Counted from the whole stretch's first letter, positions 1 through 11,881 are shown. The stretch: DNA of 63,756 nucleotides, filler included, from Octopus bimaculoides (GCF_001194135.2; 3 parts of 3 records of this genome joined end to end with filler, not necessarily neighbours in it), one strand, 5' to 3'. Notes: generated from the letters alone by a model not told the origin. Numbers and translations are program-made.

Positions 1-584
1 CGTCCAATTTAACTCGATTTGGATTTCACTTGCCTCAACTGGCCTACGCAGTGGAGTTTATTGTCCAACTTAACTTGATTTCGATTTCACTTGCCTCAAC
101 AGGTCTTCGCAAGTGGAGTTTAGTGTCCAATGAAGGAAGGAAGGTATGCATAAGTGGACTGGCTGGGCTTTAGATTTAGGTCTCACTTGGCTTGCCGGGT
201 CTTCTCGTGCACAGTATATTTCCAAATGTCTCGGTCAGAAGTCATCGCCTCGGTGAGGCCCAATGTTCGAAGGTCGTGCCTCACCACCTCATCCTAGGTC
301 TTCCTGGGCCTACCTCTTCCACAAGTTCCCTCAACTGCTAAGGTGTGGGACTTGTTCACACAGCTATCCTCATCCATTCTCGCTACATGACCATACCAGC
401 GCAGTCAGCTCTCTTGCACACCACAACTGATGCTTCGTAAGTTCAACTTTTCTCTCAAGGTAATGATACTCTGTCTAGTATGCACACTTACATTACACAT
501 CCATCGGAGCATACTGGCTTCATTCCTTGCAAGCCTACGCATGTCCTCAGCAGTCACGGCCCATGTTTCACAGTCATGAAGCAT
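1..584 (-). mobile_element. RTE-clade LINE 3' end (ORF C-terminus plus repeated 3' UTR)
   Basis: Minus strand gives [33 protein letters not shown]...[16 protein letters not shown], then WYGHVARMDEDSC, typical of the RTE post-RT region. Positions 1-190 match the UTR copy at 42660-42800. Confidence 0.85.
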
Positions 585-791
585 ATATATATATGATGTA
601 TATATTGATATATATATATGTTTGTATGTATAGATATATATGTATGTATAGATATATACATATATGTATGTATAGATATATACATATATGTATGTATGTA
701 TAGATACATATTTGCCATATATATATACATATTTGCCATATATATATATATATACATACATATTTGCCAAATATATATATACACACATTTT

Positions 792-834
<43 letters not shown>

Positions 835-841
835 TTACCAA

Positions 842-880
<39 letters not shown>

Positions 881-1116
881 TATATATAGTAAAATCAATA
901 AAAAGAGCATCGGCCAACACCAGGCTCTTTGATGTCTGACCATATATACATATAATTTGAAGCTGTATTGTTTTCATTCTACTTTTAATAAGTTGGCTTT
1001 AGTAGAAAGGACATTGGTGTATTGGTTAGACTAATTTTTATTTTACTGCTTATATCCCTTCTAGTGTTCACCATTCAACATTGCAACAGTTGGAAAATCT
1101 GACAACAGGTAAATAC

Positions 1117-1160
1117 CTTGAGACAGCCAGAATATTTTCCCTAGGGGCTCTATATATTGA
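1117..1160 (-). CDS. Candidate internal exon (SIYRAPRENILAVS-R) of an unnamed minus-strand gene
   Basis: Acceptor tatatacag and donor AAG|GTATTT. Phase 0 start is compatible with the 3261-3390 exon. Short enough to be chance. Confidence 0.25.
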
Positions 1161-1267
1161 CTGTATATATATATTTAGTTAGTCAGTTGTCTAGTTTCAT
1201 CTATGAGTGTATAAGTGTAGTGAAATCAAATGTAGACTGACTGCGAAAAGATAATTTGCCTGTGTAT

Positions 1268-1680
1268 GGAAGTAATGAGCTCTCAGAGTTGTTGTTGTTG
1301 TTGGCACTCCGTCACTTACGACGTCGAGGGTTTCAGTTGATCAAATCAACGGAACAGCCTGCTCGTGAAATTAACGTGCAAGTGGCTGAGCACTCCACAG
1401 ACACATGTACCCTTAACGTAGTTCTCGGGGATATTCAGCGTGACACAGTGTGACAAGGCTGACCCTTTGAATTACAGGTACAACAGAAACAGGAAGTAAG
1501 AGTGAGAGAAAGTTGTGGTGAAAGAGTACAGCAGGGTTCGCCACCACCCTCTGCTGGAGCCTCGTGGCGCTCTAGGTGTTTTCGCTCAATAAACACTCAC
1601 AACGCCTAGTCTGGGAATCGAAACCGCGATCCTATGACTGCGAGTCCGCTGCCCTGACCACTGAGCCATTGCACCTCCAC
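1268..1680 (-). mobile_element. tRNA-derived SINE family C, near full length
   Basis: Minus strand begins GTGGAGGTGCAATGGCTCAGTGGTCAGGGCAGCGGACTCGC...GGTTTCGATTCCC (A and B boxes) and ends in (CAA)n. Tail matches the plus-strand copy at 6338-6630. Confidence 0.85.
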
Positions 1681-1771
1681 GCTCTCAGAGTACCGGTAAA
1701 GTAAACTGTGCAATGCCCAGAGGATTCTAAAGAAGTAGTTGTCAACTAGCTGAAAATTGTTGTTTACTTAA

Positions 1772-2320
1772 TATTGGGTCATCCTACTATAAATGCAGTT
1801 TTTTTCAAATACATGAATTAAAAGCATGAGGGTGATGGGATAAACTACCTGCATCAACTTGCTATAAAAGTAGGTAGTAATTTTACTTTGTCCTTACTGT
1901 TAGTGCAAGTTTTGAAGAGTGCAGTTCAATCTTAAGTTATTTTTTCAAAGCTATAATAGAAGTGACAAAGGAGCATATTCGGCATATTTTGCTAAGGTAA
2001 CAATGCAATAGAAAGTGCAAGGAATATTAATGCAGTATATGGGGATCAGACAATAAGTGTAAGCCAATGTCAACAGTGGTTCCAGAAATTCTGAGCTGGA
2101 AACTACAGCTTAGAAGAGGTGCTACATCTTGGAAAAGCTGTAGAACTCAACAAGGACATCCTGCAAATCCTGGTGGAAGAAAATCCCATTGTAACTAGCA
2201 GAGAAGCTTGGAGTTGGTCATTCAACCATTGATTGACACCTGCATGCCATCAGAAAATGACCAGCTTTGGTTTCAATGAATGAAAAACAATTCCCCATCC
2301 ACAATATTCGCACAATATTG
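1772..2320 (+). mobile_element. Decayed mariner transposon, 5' part
   Basis: TIR-like TATTGGGTCATCC, then EVTKEHIRHILL / GNNAIESARNINAVYGDQTISVSQCQQWFQKF / AGNYSLEE...ENPIVT (mariner HTH region) with stops and frameshifts. Confidence 0.8.
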
Positions 2321-3260
2321 AAGTAACAGTTGAGTACTGGGGTCGATGCAATTGACTTAATCCCTCCCCAAAAAATTGCTGGCCTTGAACCAAAATTTGA
2401 AATTAATATTATGTATCTTACTGTAATATGGCTGACAACTCTTGATATTTACAAGATAGTGTCATAACGTATGGCGTGTCTTGGGCAGTTTCAACCCAGG
2501 AGAGACCATCACGCCTTGAGTGTAACAACAGTGAAATTCTAGGGAGAAAGCAAGTAGTAGTAGTAGTAGTAGTTATTGTAGTAGTCATCATAGTAGTAGT
2601 TGTAGTCACTGAAGTAGTAGTTGTAGTCACTGAAGTAGTAGTAGTATACCCCACACTTAATCACTTAGTTTAGAAAATAATTAACCTCAGCAGGATTTGA
2701 ACACAGAACACAGAGAAATCCAGAATAAATACCGCAAGGCATTATTATCATTATTATTATTAGTACTATTGTATCCACCATTTCCAACGAGACTGCCAAT
2801 TTGCCACCTAGTGCGTTATATATTTACATCACACCTTATGGAGAAGGTAGCTGGGTACACGAAGACATACGCCAGTCACCCACACCAACCAATCTGAAAT
2901 GTTATGAGAAATCAATTAATAAAACATCGTAGACTATTAATTCACATTTCAAAAACTCTTGTTTTGAAATGTCATCTCATATACAGCAACAAATATAAAG
3001 AGGAAAAAATAAATAAATAAAATATAATTCAAATTGTTGATTCAAGTCTGGGAACAAAGTTTTGTTAATAGCTCCAGGAAAACAATTTTACTTATTCATT
3101 AATATATAATATATATATATATATATATATNNNNNNNNNNNNNNNNNNNNNNNNNNNNNNNNNNNNNNNNNNNNNNNNNNNNNNNNNNNNNNNNNNNNNN
3201 NNNNNNNNNNNNNNNNNNNNNNNNNNNNNNTATATATATATATATATATATATATATAGC

Positions 3261-3390
3261 CTGTTTTATTTTGTAATCCTGAATTAATTGTCTGAAATAT
3301 GAGAATGCACTGTAGAAGTTTTCCACTGAATAACAATTTGATGCTAATAAAATTTTATTTCTTTCCAGAGTTGAGTGCAAAACTGAATCT
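3261..3390 (-). CDS. Candidate internal exon encoding a TPR-like helix pair
   Basis: Pyrimidine-rich acceptor ...tatttacttgatgtag. 1+43 open codons DSVLHSTLERNKILLASNCYSVENFYSAFSYFRQLIQDYKIKQ, phase-compatible with 5402-5549. Donor would be a non-canonical CAG|GC next to an (AT)n and a gap. Confidence 0.4.
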
Positions 3391-3421
3391 CTACATCAAG
3401 TAAATAGATATCAAGAAATTC

Positions 3422-3452
<31 letters not shown>

Positions 3453-3829
3453 TCGTATTTCATTTCTTTTGGCGCTTTATATTCTGTGTGCAAATGCTAA
3501 TGAGGTCAACTTTGTCTTTCATTCTTTTGAGGGGGTCAATGGAATAAGTACCAATTGAGCACTAGAGTTGACGTAATTGCCTAACCTCATCCTCCAACCT
3601 ATTGCAGAAAGGATTACTAGTACAGTATTTCAGACTGTGAAGTTGTAGATCAACTGGCTTCTAGTTTTTAGTTTAATACCTTAATGTTCTCAGTTCAAAT
3701 CCATCTGTGGCCATGAGTTCTGATTGGGGAGAGAGCCAAGAAGAAGGGGTTGACCTAAGAAGACATGAGATGAAGTGGTGTAAAAGGATCTTTACTGGGC
3801 CTCACTGAAGTAATGAAAAGTACACAAAA

Positions 3830-4090
3830 ACAGTTTATTTTACTGGGTTTTAAAACTATATTAAGCAAATGGTGGCTGTTTTTGGTAATTGTGTCATCTC
3901 AGGTGGTATTGTGTCGATTTCCTTATGAATCCTTTCTTTCGAATCCACAAGAGATCGAGGACGATGTCAGAAAACTTTTTTCTTTTAGGCACCCACAAAG
4001 GAAAAAGTCACAAGAGTTTAAATCTGGTGACCTTGCTGGTAACCCCACGCACCCTCAAAGTTTTTGGATAATTAATGATGAATACGAAAA
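3830..4090 (-). mobile_element. Tc1/mariner transposase C-terminal fragment
   Basis: Minus strand gives PARSPDLNSCDFFLCGCLKEK, matching the WPxxSPDLNPCDFFLWG motif. Confidence 0.7.
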
Positions 4091-4444
4091 TCGTAGAACT
4101 TAAAAGAAAGAAGGTTTTGAGTAATTAATGATAAATAGGAAAACAGTAGACCTTTGCCTTCTAAATGAAACCTGTCCTGCCACTCTACCTCTACTTCAGC
4201 CCATACAGTGCCTCCTCCAAATGTGGAAGGTTTTTATGCCCCACCCTATAGAACTATTAATACTCCAAAAAAAATGCTTAGCAGCATTTCATCCATCTTC
4301 ACACACTGAGTTCAAATTCTGCTGGAGGAGTTGACTATCTTTCATCCTTTTGGGGTTGATAAAATAAGTTCCAACAGAACGTTGTATTTGATGTAATTGA
4401 ATCAACCCCTTTCCTGAATTTTCTGGTTTTGTGCCAATATTTGA

Positions 4445-4693
4445 AATCATTATTATTATTTACATTCGACGAATATTTGTCCTCATCTTGTTTGTTGTTA
4501 ACACAATGTTCCGGCTGATATACCCTCCAGCCTTCATCAGGTGTCTTGGGGAAATTTTGAACCTGGGTTCTCATTCCTATGGTATTATTCAATGTTATTG
4601 TTGTTATTATTATTATTCAGGTCACTGCCTGGAATCAAACTCGGAATCTTGGGGTTAGTAGCCCGTGCTCGTAACCACTACGCAATATGCCCG
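4445..4693 (-). mobile_element. tRNA-headed SINE with Penelope-like HHR tail
   Basis: Head GGGCATATTGCGTAGTGG...GAGTTTGATTCC, an (AAT)n linker, then GACAC-CTGATGA-A-GGCTG...CAGCC-GGAAC-ATT-GTGTT. Confidence 0.7.
4500..4545 (-). ncRNA. Degenerate minimal type I hammerhead ribozyme
   Basis: Intact CUGAUGA box, 5-bp stem II, and stem I GACAC/GUGUU. GAAAC-GU is mutated to GGAAC-AU. Confidence 0.6.
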
Positions 4694-4713
4694 TGGGCCT
4701 ATGGCATCCCCAA

Positions 4714-4759
4714 GACACCTGATGAAGGCCAGAGGGCATATCAGCCAAAACGTTGTGTT
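4714..4759 (+). ncRNA. Degenerate minimal type I hammerhead ribozyme (inverted copy)
   Basis: GACAC-CTGATGA-AGGCC...CAGCC-AAAAC-GTT-GTGTT. Palindromic ACGU stem III is kept; G12 is mutated to A. Confidence 0.6.
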
Positions 4760-5401
4760 AACAGCAAACAAGATGAGGACAAATATCTGTCAAATGTAAA
4801 TAATTCCTCATCTCTTAAATATAGAACTGTATTATTATTCCAAAGATGGCAAGCTGGCAGAATCATTAGCAGACCAGACAAAAGCTCATCTCCATTTCAT
4901 CTGTCTTTATGTCCTGAGGTCAACTTCCCCATTCATCCTTTCAGGATCGATAAAATAATTACCAGTTGAATACTGGTGTTGATGTAATCAACTTGCCCCT
5001 CCCCTCAAAAATTACTGGCTCTGTGCAAAATTTGAAACTATTATTACTGGTATTAATTTAGTGTTGCATCAGTTGTGTTATAGCATTGAGTTTAACATTC
5101 ATCACTTTACACCCAGTAAACACTGGAAAGTGGTGAGCATTAGGAAAGGCAACCAGCCATGGAATTCATAGCAGACATCAGAGCAGTCCTTGGACCCTTC
5201 AGATCCTGTCAAACCATCCAAACCATACAAGTGTGGAACATGAGCATTAATTGATGACGATGGTGGTTGTGGTATTTATGTAAAATATGAATTCAGTTGT
5301 GTTGTTGTTTCACCTGTTCCTACCTGTTCTTACCTATTTCCTATTTTTGCCTCTTCATACCAAGTACAAAACCCCTCCCTCTCTTCTATGTTTCCACTCA
5401 C

Positions 5402-5549
5402 TCCAGTGGGCTTTTTAGTTTTGTGAGGTACATGGCGATCTCACGAGTGATGGTGCCACAAAAAGATATAAAATATTCAATGCACATAATAGGAAGGTGT
5501 TTGGCATCAGAAAAGGCTTCGAGCCATAGAAAGCATGTTAGAATGGACT
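5402..5549 (-). CDS. Candidate internal exon of an unnamed minus-strand gene
   Basis: Acceptor ttgttccccag and consensus donor GA|GTGAGT. 148 nt open in one frame: SILTCFLWLEAFSDAKHLPIMCIEYFISFCGTITREIAMYLTKLKSPL. I see no TE similarity. Confidence 0.5.
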
Positions 5550-5775
5550 CTGGGGAACAATGCAATCCTCCGACTCAATGAAGCCTGTTAGACCATTCAG
5601 TCCCAGCCAACATGCAAAATGGGTTTTCAATGAAGAGAAAAATTATGATGGTGGTGGTGGTGGGGCTGCTGCTGGCAGCAGCAGAGGTGGTGGAGGTGGC
5701 AGTGATGACATCAGGGGCAACAGTGGTGGTAGCAGCAGCATTAATGGCAGTGGTGGTGGTGGTAGTTTCATTCAG

Positions 5776-6150
5776 TAAATATTTGGAAATGGAATCAAAG
5801 TTACACAGACAAGTAGAAGAAACGAGGAACCTCCTTGGAAGATTCTTTATATCACAGACACAACGATGAGTGTTTTTATCATCTCTTTTTGCCTCCTGAT
5901 CTAGTTGCTTCCATTTTCAAATGACATGTTTGATATACTGTCTTACTACCAGAGTTACTTTACCTATAAGACGTATCTTCTTTGATATTCATGAATGTGT
6001 TATACTATCAAATACTTTTTCAATAATCAATCAATGCCATGCTAAAATTCTATTTTCCTCTTTTTACTTTCACTTCTTCAATAGTTATCATACATTGTGC
6101 TTTGACAGTCTGATTCTCAAGCAATGTGTTATTCTTAGTGATATTTCTTC
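5776..6150 (-). mobile_element. R4/Dong-type LINE RT fragment (domains 3-4)
   Basis: NFSMALIDY*KVFDSITHS (WIDYxKAFDS-like) and IFQGGSSFLLLVCVTLIP (QGDSLSPLLF-like). Confidence 0.65.
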
Positions 6151-6337
6151 CAACCCATTATGTTCCGAGTTCAAATCCTACCAAGGTCAACTTTGCTTTC
6201 ATCTCTTCAGTTGACAAAATAAAGTACCAGTCAAGTACTGGGGGTCAATGTAGGTCATTGGCTTGCCCCTCTCACCTGAAAATGTTTTGTCCTTATGGCA
6301 AAATTAGAAAGTATTATTATTATTGTTTTTTATGGAA

Positions 6338-6630
6338 GGCATGTGGCTAAGTGGTTAAGGTGTTCAGCTCAATCAAAGTTATGAGTTCAATACTTGGTGT
6401 GTTGTGTCCTTGAGCAAGACACTTTACTTCACATTGCTCCAGTCCACTCAGCTTGCAGAAATGAGTAATACCCATGTTTCAAAAGACCAGCCTTGTCACA
6501 TTCTGTATTGTACTGAATATCCCTGAGAGTAACATCAAGGGCACACATGTCTGCGGAGTACTCAGCCACTTGCATGCTAACTCCATAAGCCAGCTGTTCC
6601 GTTGATTAGATCAACTGGAACACAACCAAT
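6338..6630 (+). mobile_element. SINE family C variant
   Basis: tRNA-like head, CCTTGAGCAAGACACTT core, and a tail complementary to 1290-1450. Confidence 0.75.
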
Positions 6631-6639
6631 AAACTAACC

Positions 6640-7345
6640 TAATGCGCTTCATTCAGATTTCAAGAACTCCGTAGAAGATTTGCACAGTTCTGACCAACAC
6701 TTTTCGGTAAATGTGTTATCTTCACATTTACTTCCTATCTTTTCAATTCAGTTTGTGAGCTTGGAGCATGTAGATCCCAAAACTCCAATAATAAAAGGCA
6801 CAGCATTCACTTTCTTCAGAGACCCCAATCTTTTTTTCTCCCATTTCAAATCATCATATCTAACCTGTTACTTTTCTTCTCTTTGTGATACTCTGTTATC
6901 ACCAGGGCATGCAATATATATATATGATTAAACAGTTTTATTTTCCTTCTTTATTCATAACCACTATGTCCTTAAGATAACAATCACGCTAATTTAATTA
7001 GCTAGGATATTATCCTGAGATTTGGTGACAAGTCAACCTCAATTTCAAGACTCTTTCTTATGATTCTTTCAGAATACAGCATGGTAGTCTTCTGCAGATT
7101 GACAGTGCCAATCACAATTCCAATATCTTTCAGCCTCTTAGATAGCAGTTTGGGTGTTGTGCCAATTACTACAGAAACAACTGTCAACCTTGTGTTCTAC
7201 AAGCTCTTTACCTCTCTTCGGCAACGTCCTGGTATTTCTCGACTTTCTGAATATCTTTAGTGTCAACTCTACCTCCCATAATATGGTTTTGCAAAGACTT
7301 ACACAGCTTTTTTCATGCTCCATGACCATAGCTGTCCTTATTTAT
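6640..7345 (-). mobile_element. Two R4/Dong-type RLE endonuclease C-terminal fragments
   Basis: RYDDLKWE...VPFIIGVLGS (6640-6900) and VSVVIGTTPKLLSKRLKDIGI...LQKTTML...IIRKSLE (7000-7340). Confidence 0.7.
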
Positions 7346-7409
7346 TATTATGGTGGTCGTTGCTGTTATTGTTATTAGAATGGCTAAGGTGGCAAATTGG
7401 CAACAAAAA

Positions 7410-7640
7410 AGGTGGCAAGCTGGCAGAATCATTAGCACACCGGCCAAAATGCTTAGCGGTATTTCGTCTGCCGCTACGTTCTGAGTTCAAATTCCGCCGA
7501 GGTCGACTTTGCCTTTCATCCTTTTGAGGTCAATTGAATAAGCACCAGTTACACACTGGGGTCAATATAATCGACTTAATCCATTTGTCTGTCCTTGTTT
7601 GTCCCCTCTGTGTGTAGCCCTTTGTGGACAGTAAAGAAAT
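7410..7640 (+). mobile_element. SINE family B, full length with AAAGAAATA tail
   Basis: GGTGGCAAGCTGGCAGAATC head, GAGTTCAAATTCC B box, GTCGACTTTGCCTTTCATCC body. Other copies or fragments at about 2320, 3460, 4275, 4845, 6140, 7645, 7830, 10850(-), 11055(-), 13120, 40634 and 40860. Confidence 0.85.
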
Positions 7641-7974
7641 AGGGAAAAAATGCTTAGCAGCATTTTTTCTGCTTTTACATTCCAATTTCAAATGCAGCTG
7701 GGGGTTGACTTTGCTTTCATTCTTTCAAGGTCAATAAAATAATTACCAACTGAATACTGGGATTTATGTAGTTGACCTACCCTCGCCTCCGAAATTGCTG
7801 GCCTTGTGCCAAAATTTGAAATCATCTCAAGTTCTAGCAAGGTTGACTTTACCTATCATCCTTTCAGGGTCAATAAAATAAGTACCTGTTGAATACTGGG
7901 GTTGATTTAATTGACTTCTCCCTTCCCCTCAAAAACTACTGGCCCTGTACCAAAATTTGAAACCATTATTATCA

Positions 7975-8460
7975 TTAAGTGAGAGAGTAGCAGATACAAT
8001 CAAAGTTACACTGGGATACAAATATACAAAACCCAATATACCCATCATGACTACCCATCTGATAAGGGTACACCAGGCACATACACCACAACCGTTAGTG
8101 CATAACATGGTGATCTCATATCAAGATAAAAGGCACATGACCTTGCAGGTGGGGCCCAATTAGGGTTTTCTTCAGGTCAAGTAACCTGTGCTGCTCAAAA
8201 CATCCCTGAATAAGGCTTGTTTAAGGATGTTGAATGAAACACCCATGTGTCCAGAGGTGTATTATCCAAACCCCAAAGAATTCCATTCAACAGATGGCTA
8301 TGATGCTACCCCACTACTTCTGCTCATGATCAGATATGCACATATCATCAACCACTAAGGGGACATGCTCAACTGGTTAAGGCCAAGCAACTGGCAAGCA
8401 AATCTGTGGTATTGAGCAGAATATTTGCTGTAGCCCATCTTTTACACCAAGACAAAATAC
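7975..8460 (-). mobile_element. Interspersed repeat family E (retroposon 3' region ending CTCTCTCAC-(AAT)n)
   Basis: Aligns over about 380 nt with 55045-55430 (shared ATGACTACCC.TCTGATAAGGGTACACCAGGCACAT; ACTACTTCTGCTCATGATCAG). Confidence 0.75.
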
Positions 8461-8524
8461 ATATATGCTAACACCCACTACGTGATACTGCATTGGGGCA
8501 ATTATTATTATTATTATTATTATT

Positions 8525-9480
8525 CAGATGAGCCTGTTACAGCATATAGATATAAGGGCTTTGTATGTTTCTGGCAAACAATTTATTGTCTTGCAGCAGT
8601 TAATGGGAAGGTGTAGGAAAGCAGGGAGAGTGCTCTGGTCTCTCCTTGTTTTGCGAAATCAATATTGTTTTCCTCTCTAGTAACCAGTCAGGTGTTAATT
8701 CTGGTCTGTTTAGGAATTCATTGAATGCGGTTGCCACAGATTCCATAAATACTGTTTTGTCATCTCATCCAGAAATGTGTGTCTTTGTCAATTCCAAGAA
8801 CTTTCCTTCTGCTTGCTATCTTTATATCCTGTTGGTCCTCGCTAGTTATGCCAAGTCATGCTTGTACCGTTATCACAATTTTTTTTGCTTTTCTTTTTCT
8901 TTTTCCTTATCCCTTTCTCTTCTAATCCATTGTATGCTTGGGATGTGCTGAATATTTTTGCTCCATATAGTCTCCCAATATATTTCAATATTATTATTAT
9001 TATTATTATCATTATTATTTATGTTGGTGTATCATTCAATGTAAGGCATTTATTTTTATATTCATCTTTTTTTTTTTTTATGTTGTCCTTAGAAAACATT
9101 TTATATTTATTTAGAATATCGTATTTTCAAGGAAGAACTCTTCACACTATTCAAAGTATCTTTTCCAGTTTGACTTTCCACAGATATGATTGGCATTTCT
9201 TTCACTTCCAAGATGTCTTCTCTTTTATTGATGCTATATTTGCAGACTATTTCTTTCTTTTTTCTTTCTTACCTTCCATTTATTTATTTATTCATTTTCC
9301 ATTTTGCAAGGTAAGGATTGATTGGTCTTTTCATTTTTTACCAATTTTAAGGAGTATTTTTTTTTTCACCTGTTTTCTTTTTGGTAGATTTGCCTGAGGA
9401 AGGGTGCTTACTCTATTAACATCAAGTCCAAGTTCCCTTGATACTGCCATAGCAACTGAGTGAATTAGATTCTTTAATCT
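8525..9480 (-). mobile_element. Decayed R4/Dong-type LINE, RT N-terminal region
   Basis: PELTPDWLLERKTILISQNKE...INCLPETYKALISICCNRL matches RT domains 0-1 (PxWLxxGxTxLIxK...CLPTxYK). Abuts an (ATT)n. Confidence 0.6.
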
Positions 9481-9698
9481 GTTAATATTCTATCTCTAGA
9501 GAAAAAAAAAATATCTTTCAGAATGCAGAAGTGCAAACTTGTCTGTATGGTTAAGAAGTTTGCTTCCCAACCACATGGTTCCAAGTTCAGTCCCACTGTG
9601 TGACACCTTGGGAAAATGTTTTCTACTATAGCCCTGAACGAGCCAATGCCTTATGAGCACATTTGTTTGACAGAAACTGAAACAAACCCATATTACAC

Positions 9699-9729
<31 letters not shown>

Positions 9730-10319
9730 TATGCAGATAAACAATTGGGTTTCATATACATATTTAGTATATCATATATACATATTTAGTATAATTGAAG
9801 AAATTGGAGTCAAAAAGAAGTATGGTTGGACATTTATTTATCATTCAGTACAATTGTTTTGACGCAACATAGATCTCCAAGAATACAGGTAATTGATTAT
9901 GCAACTGTTTGTTTGCATAATGAGATTTAGCCGTTTCCTATATTCACACACATAATGAGATCTAGTTGTGTTTCCTATATTCACGCATGATGAATGCCCA
10001 AATTTAAACTTCAAAGTATGTAATAACACTACTGATAGTACTGGGTAATTCTGAAGGTGGATGATCAGTAAATCGGTATGATTTTACATAAAATATGACT
10101 TTGAAAAATTAAATAAAATATATTAAAAAATCAAATCAAATTAACAATAAAGGGACAATACAAATGAAGTGATGATCAGACCACGCTCCAACCCCACAAG
10201 CCCCGATCTATCGCTGGTACCTTTTTTGTTCTTTTTTTTTTCTGAGTATTCACTAAGCATTTTGCCCAGTGTGCTAACGATTCTGCCAGCTCACTGCCTT
10301 AATAATAATAATGATAATT

Positions 10320-10845
10320 AGAGGCAAGATGTGGTATGAGCACAAACCACAGGGAGTGGTGGAGTTAGAGACTTGAAAAATTATCTGGGATTTCCCAATC
10401 TGAACAGATCAGGTGCTAGAACATAACAGACCGGATCTGGTGGTGGTGGATAAGATGTACCACATGTGCTATATAGTTGATGTTGCATGCTCTTTTGACC
10501 CACGAATAGACAAAAAGGAAGGTGAAAAATAGATAAATACAACCCTCTTAAGTACGAAATAGCCTGGTCATGGAAAATGAAGAAGGTGAAGATAGTGCCA
10601 ATTATTGTTGGGTCCTTGGGAACAGTATCAGAAGGTATTAAGGGATCTATAAAGGAAATTGGAATAGAGTGCCCAGTAGAACTGTTACCAAAGGTTTGCT
10701 TCCTTGGCATAGCCAGTATAATCAGGAAAGTATTAGACAGCTGGAAAGAACGGATAACATGGTACCATAGACTGCAGGCAACAAGCCACTATGCATGCAA
10801 GACTCCAGGAGCTCCAACAAAACCTGAGAGAAAAAGATAAATAGT
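10320..10845 (+). mobile_element. R4/Dong-type LINE 3' end with RLE endonuclease
   Basis: In-frame RPDLVVVDK...YIVDVAC...KEGEKIDKYNPLKYEI...VPIIVGSLGTV...LGIASIIRKVLD (PD-D/ExK). Preceded by (AAT)n. Confidence 0.85.
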
Positions 10846-11219
10846 ACTAATCCTTTCTACTATAGGCACAAGGCCTGAAATCTTAAGGGTAAGAGTTATC
10901 GATTACATGAACCCCAGTGCTCAACTTGCACTTATTACATTGACCCCAAAAGGATGAAAGGCAAAGTTAACCTTGGCAGAACTGGAACTCAGAATGTAAA
11001 GATGGACAAAATGCCATGAAGCATTTTGTCCATGACACTTTATAATAATAATAATAATCCTTTCTGAAATTTGGAGGGAGGGGTTAAGTTGATTACATCA
11101 ATCCCAGTGTTTCACTGGTACTTAATTTATCAACACCAAAAGGATGAAAGGCAAAGTCAACCTCTGAGGAATTTGAACCTAGAATGTAAAGATGGACGAC
11201 ATGCCACTAAGCCCCTTGT

Positions 11220-11345
11220 GGTGATGGTGGTGGTGGTGGTGATGATGGTGGTGGTGGTGATGATGGTGTTGGTGATGGTGTTGGTGATGGTGATGGTGAT
11301 GGTGATGGTGATGGTGATGATGGTGATGGTGATGGTGATGGTGGT

Positions 11346-11392
<47 letters not shown>

Positions 11393-11425
11393 TGATGATG
11401 ATGATGATTATTATTATTATTAGAA
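11220..11425. repeat. Compound trinucleotide microsatellite (GGT/GAT/GAC/TAT)
   Basis: Directly visible graded repeat array. Confidence 0.95.
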
Positions 11426-11689
11426 TCAATTGAGAGTCAGTCAAAAGACCATATGATATTTCTTCTGGCTCTTTACTCTCACAATTTAAATCCCTCTGAG
11501 GTCATCAGATTCTAAAATCCATTTTTATGATAAAATTATTCCATTAAAGTCACACATTTTGATAGATGAAATTCCATTACAAATATCACTGTATAATGCC
11601 TTTATTGTATTACAAAGTGAATTTGTCTCTTCTTCAAACTTTGCAAATATCATTAACCAGTTTGTTACCATATTTCTGTAGAATACATT

Positions 11690-11881
11690 GCCCTTTGTTT
11701 CAATTAATTTTCAAAATAATGAAGAATTTATTAAAATAACTTTGTCATTATTAAGCTGGTGTTTGGAATATAAATTAACATGAAATTTTGAAGGAAAATT
11801 TTAATTTAGTTCACTTTAAAACAGGAACTTTGTGTCATAGAACCAAGAATGGTCTCAGGTGGGTTGGTATCAAAAAGGTGA
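11690..11881 (-). mobile_element. MITE-like repeat, inverted relative of 13328-13546
   Basis: Ends GGGTTGGTATCAAAAAGG (reverse complement of CCTTTCGATACCAACCC at 13333). Shared internal TTCAATTAATTTT. Confidence 0.55.

Noticed and set aside
405-977. Long ORFs rich in YI/HT/CV/LS/II repeats (here and throughout, including X-filled ORFs)
   Set aside because: They are translations of microsatellites and N gaps.
5612-5869. Coiled-coil-looking ORF end KYLEMESKLHRQVEETRNLLGR
   Set aside because: It is the antisense of a LINE RT domain 4 (QGDSLSPLLF-like) fragment preceded by a GGT/GCA microsatellite.
6657-6706. Exon-like segment with branch point and GTAAAT donor
   Set aside because: It lies on the antisense strand of an RLE endonuclease fragment.
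1065-9888. Plus-strand chain of short exons (1065-1108, 3369-3399, 8528-8562, 9849-9888) that splice in frame
   Set aside because: One member lies in an antisense R4/Dong RT fragment, two overlap or abut better minus-strand candidates, and all are 31-44 nt with no recognisable product. Likely chance AG/GT matches.
9841-10098. Strong minus-strand acceptor at 10099 followed by an apparently long ORF
   Set aside because: On re-reading, the acceptor frame stops after about 30 codons. The listed ORF is in another frame and includes a ~37-nt tandem duplication.
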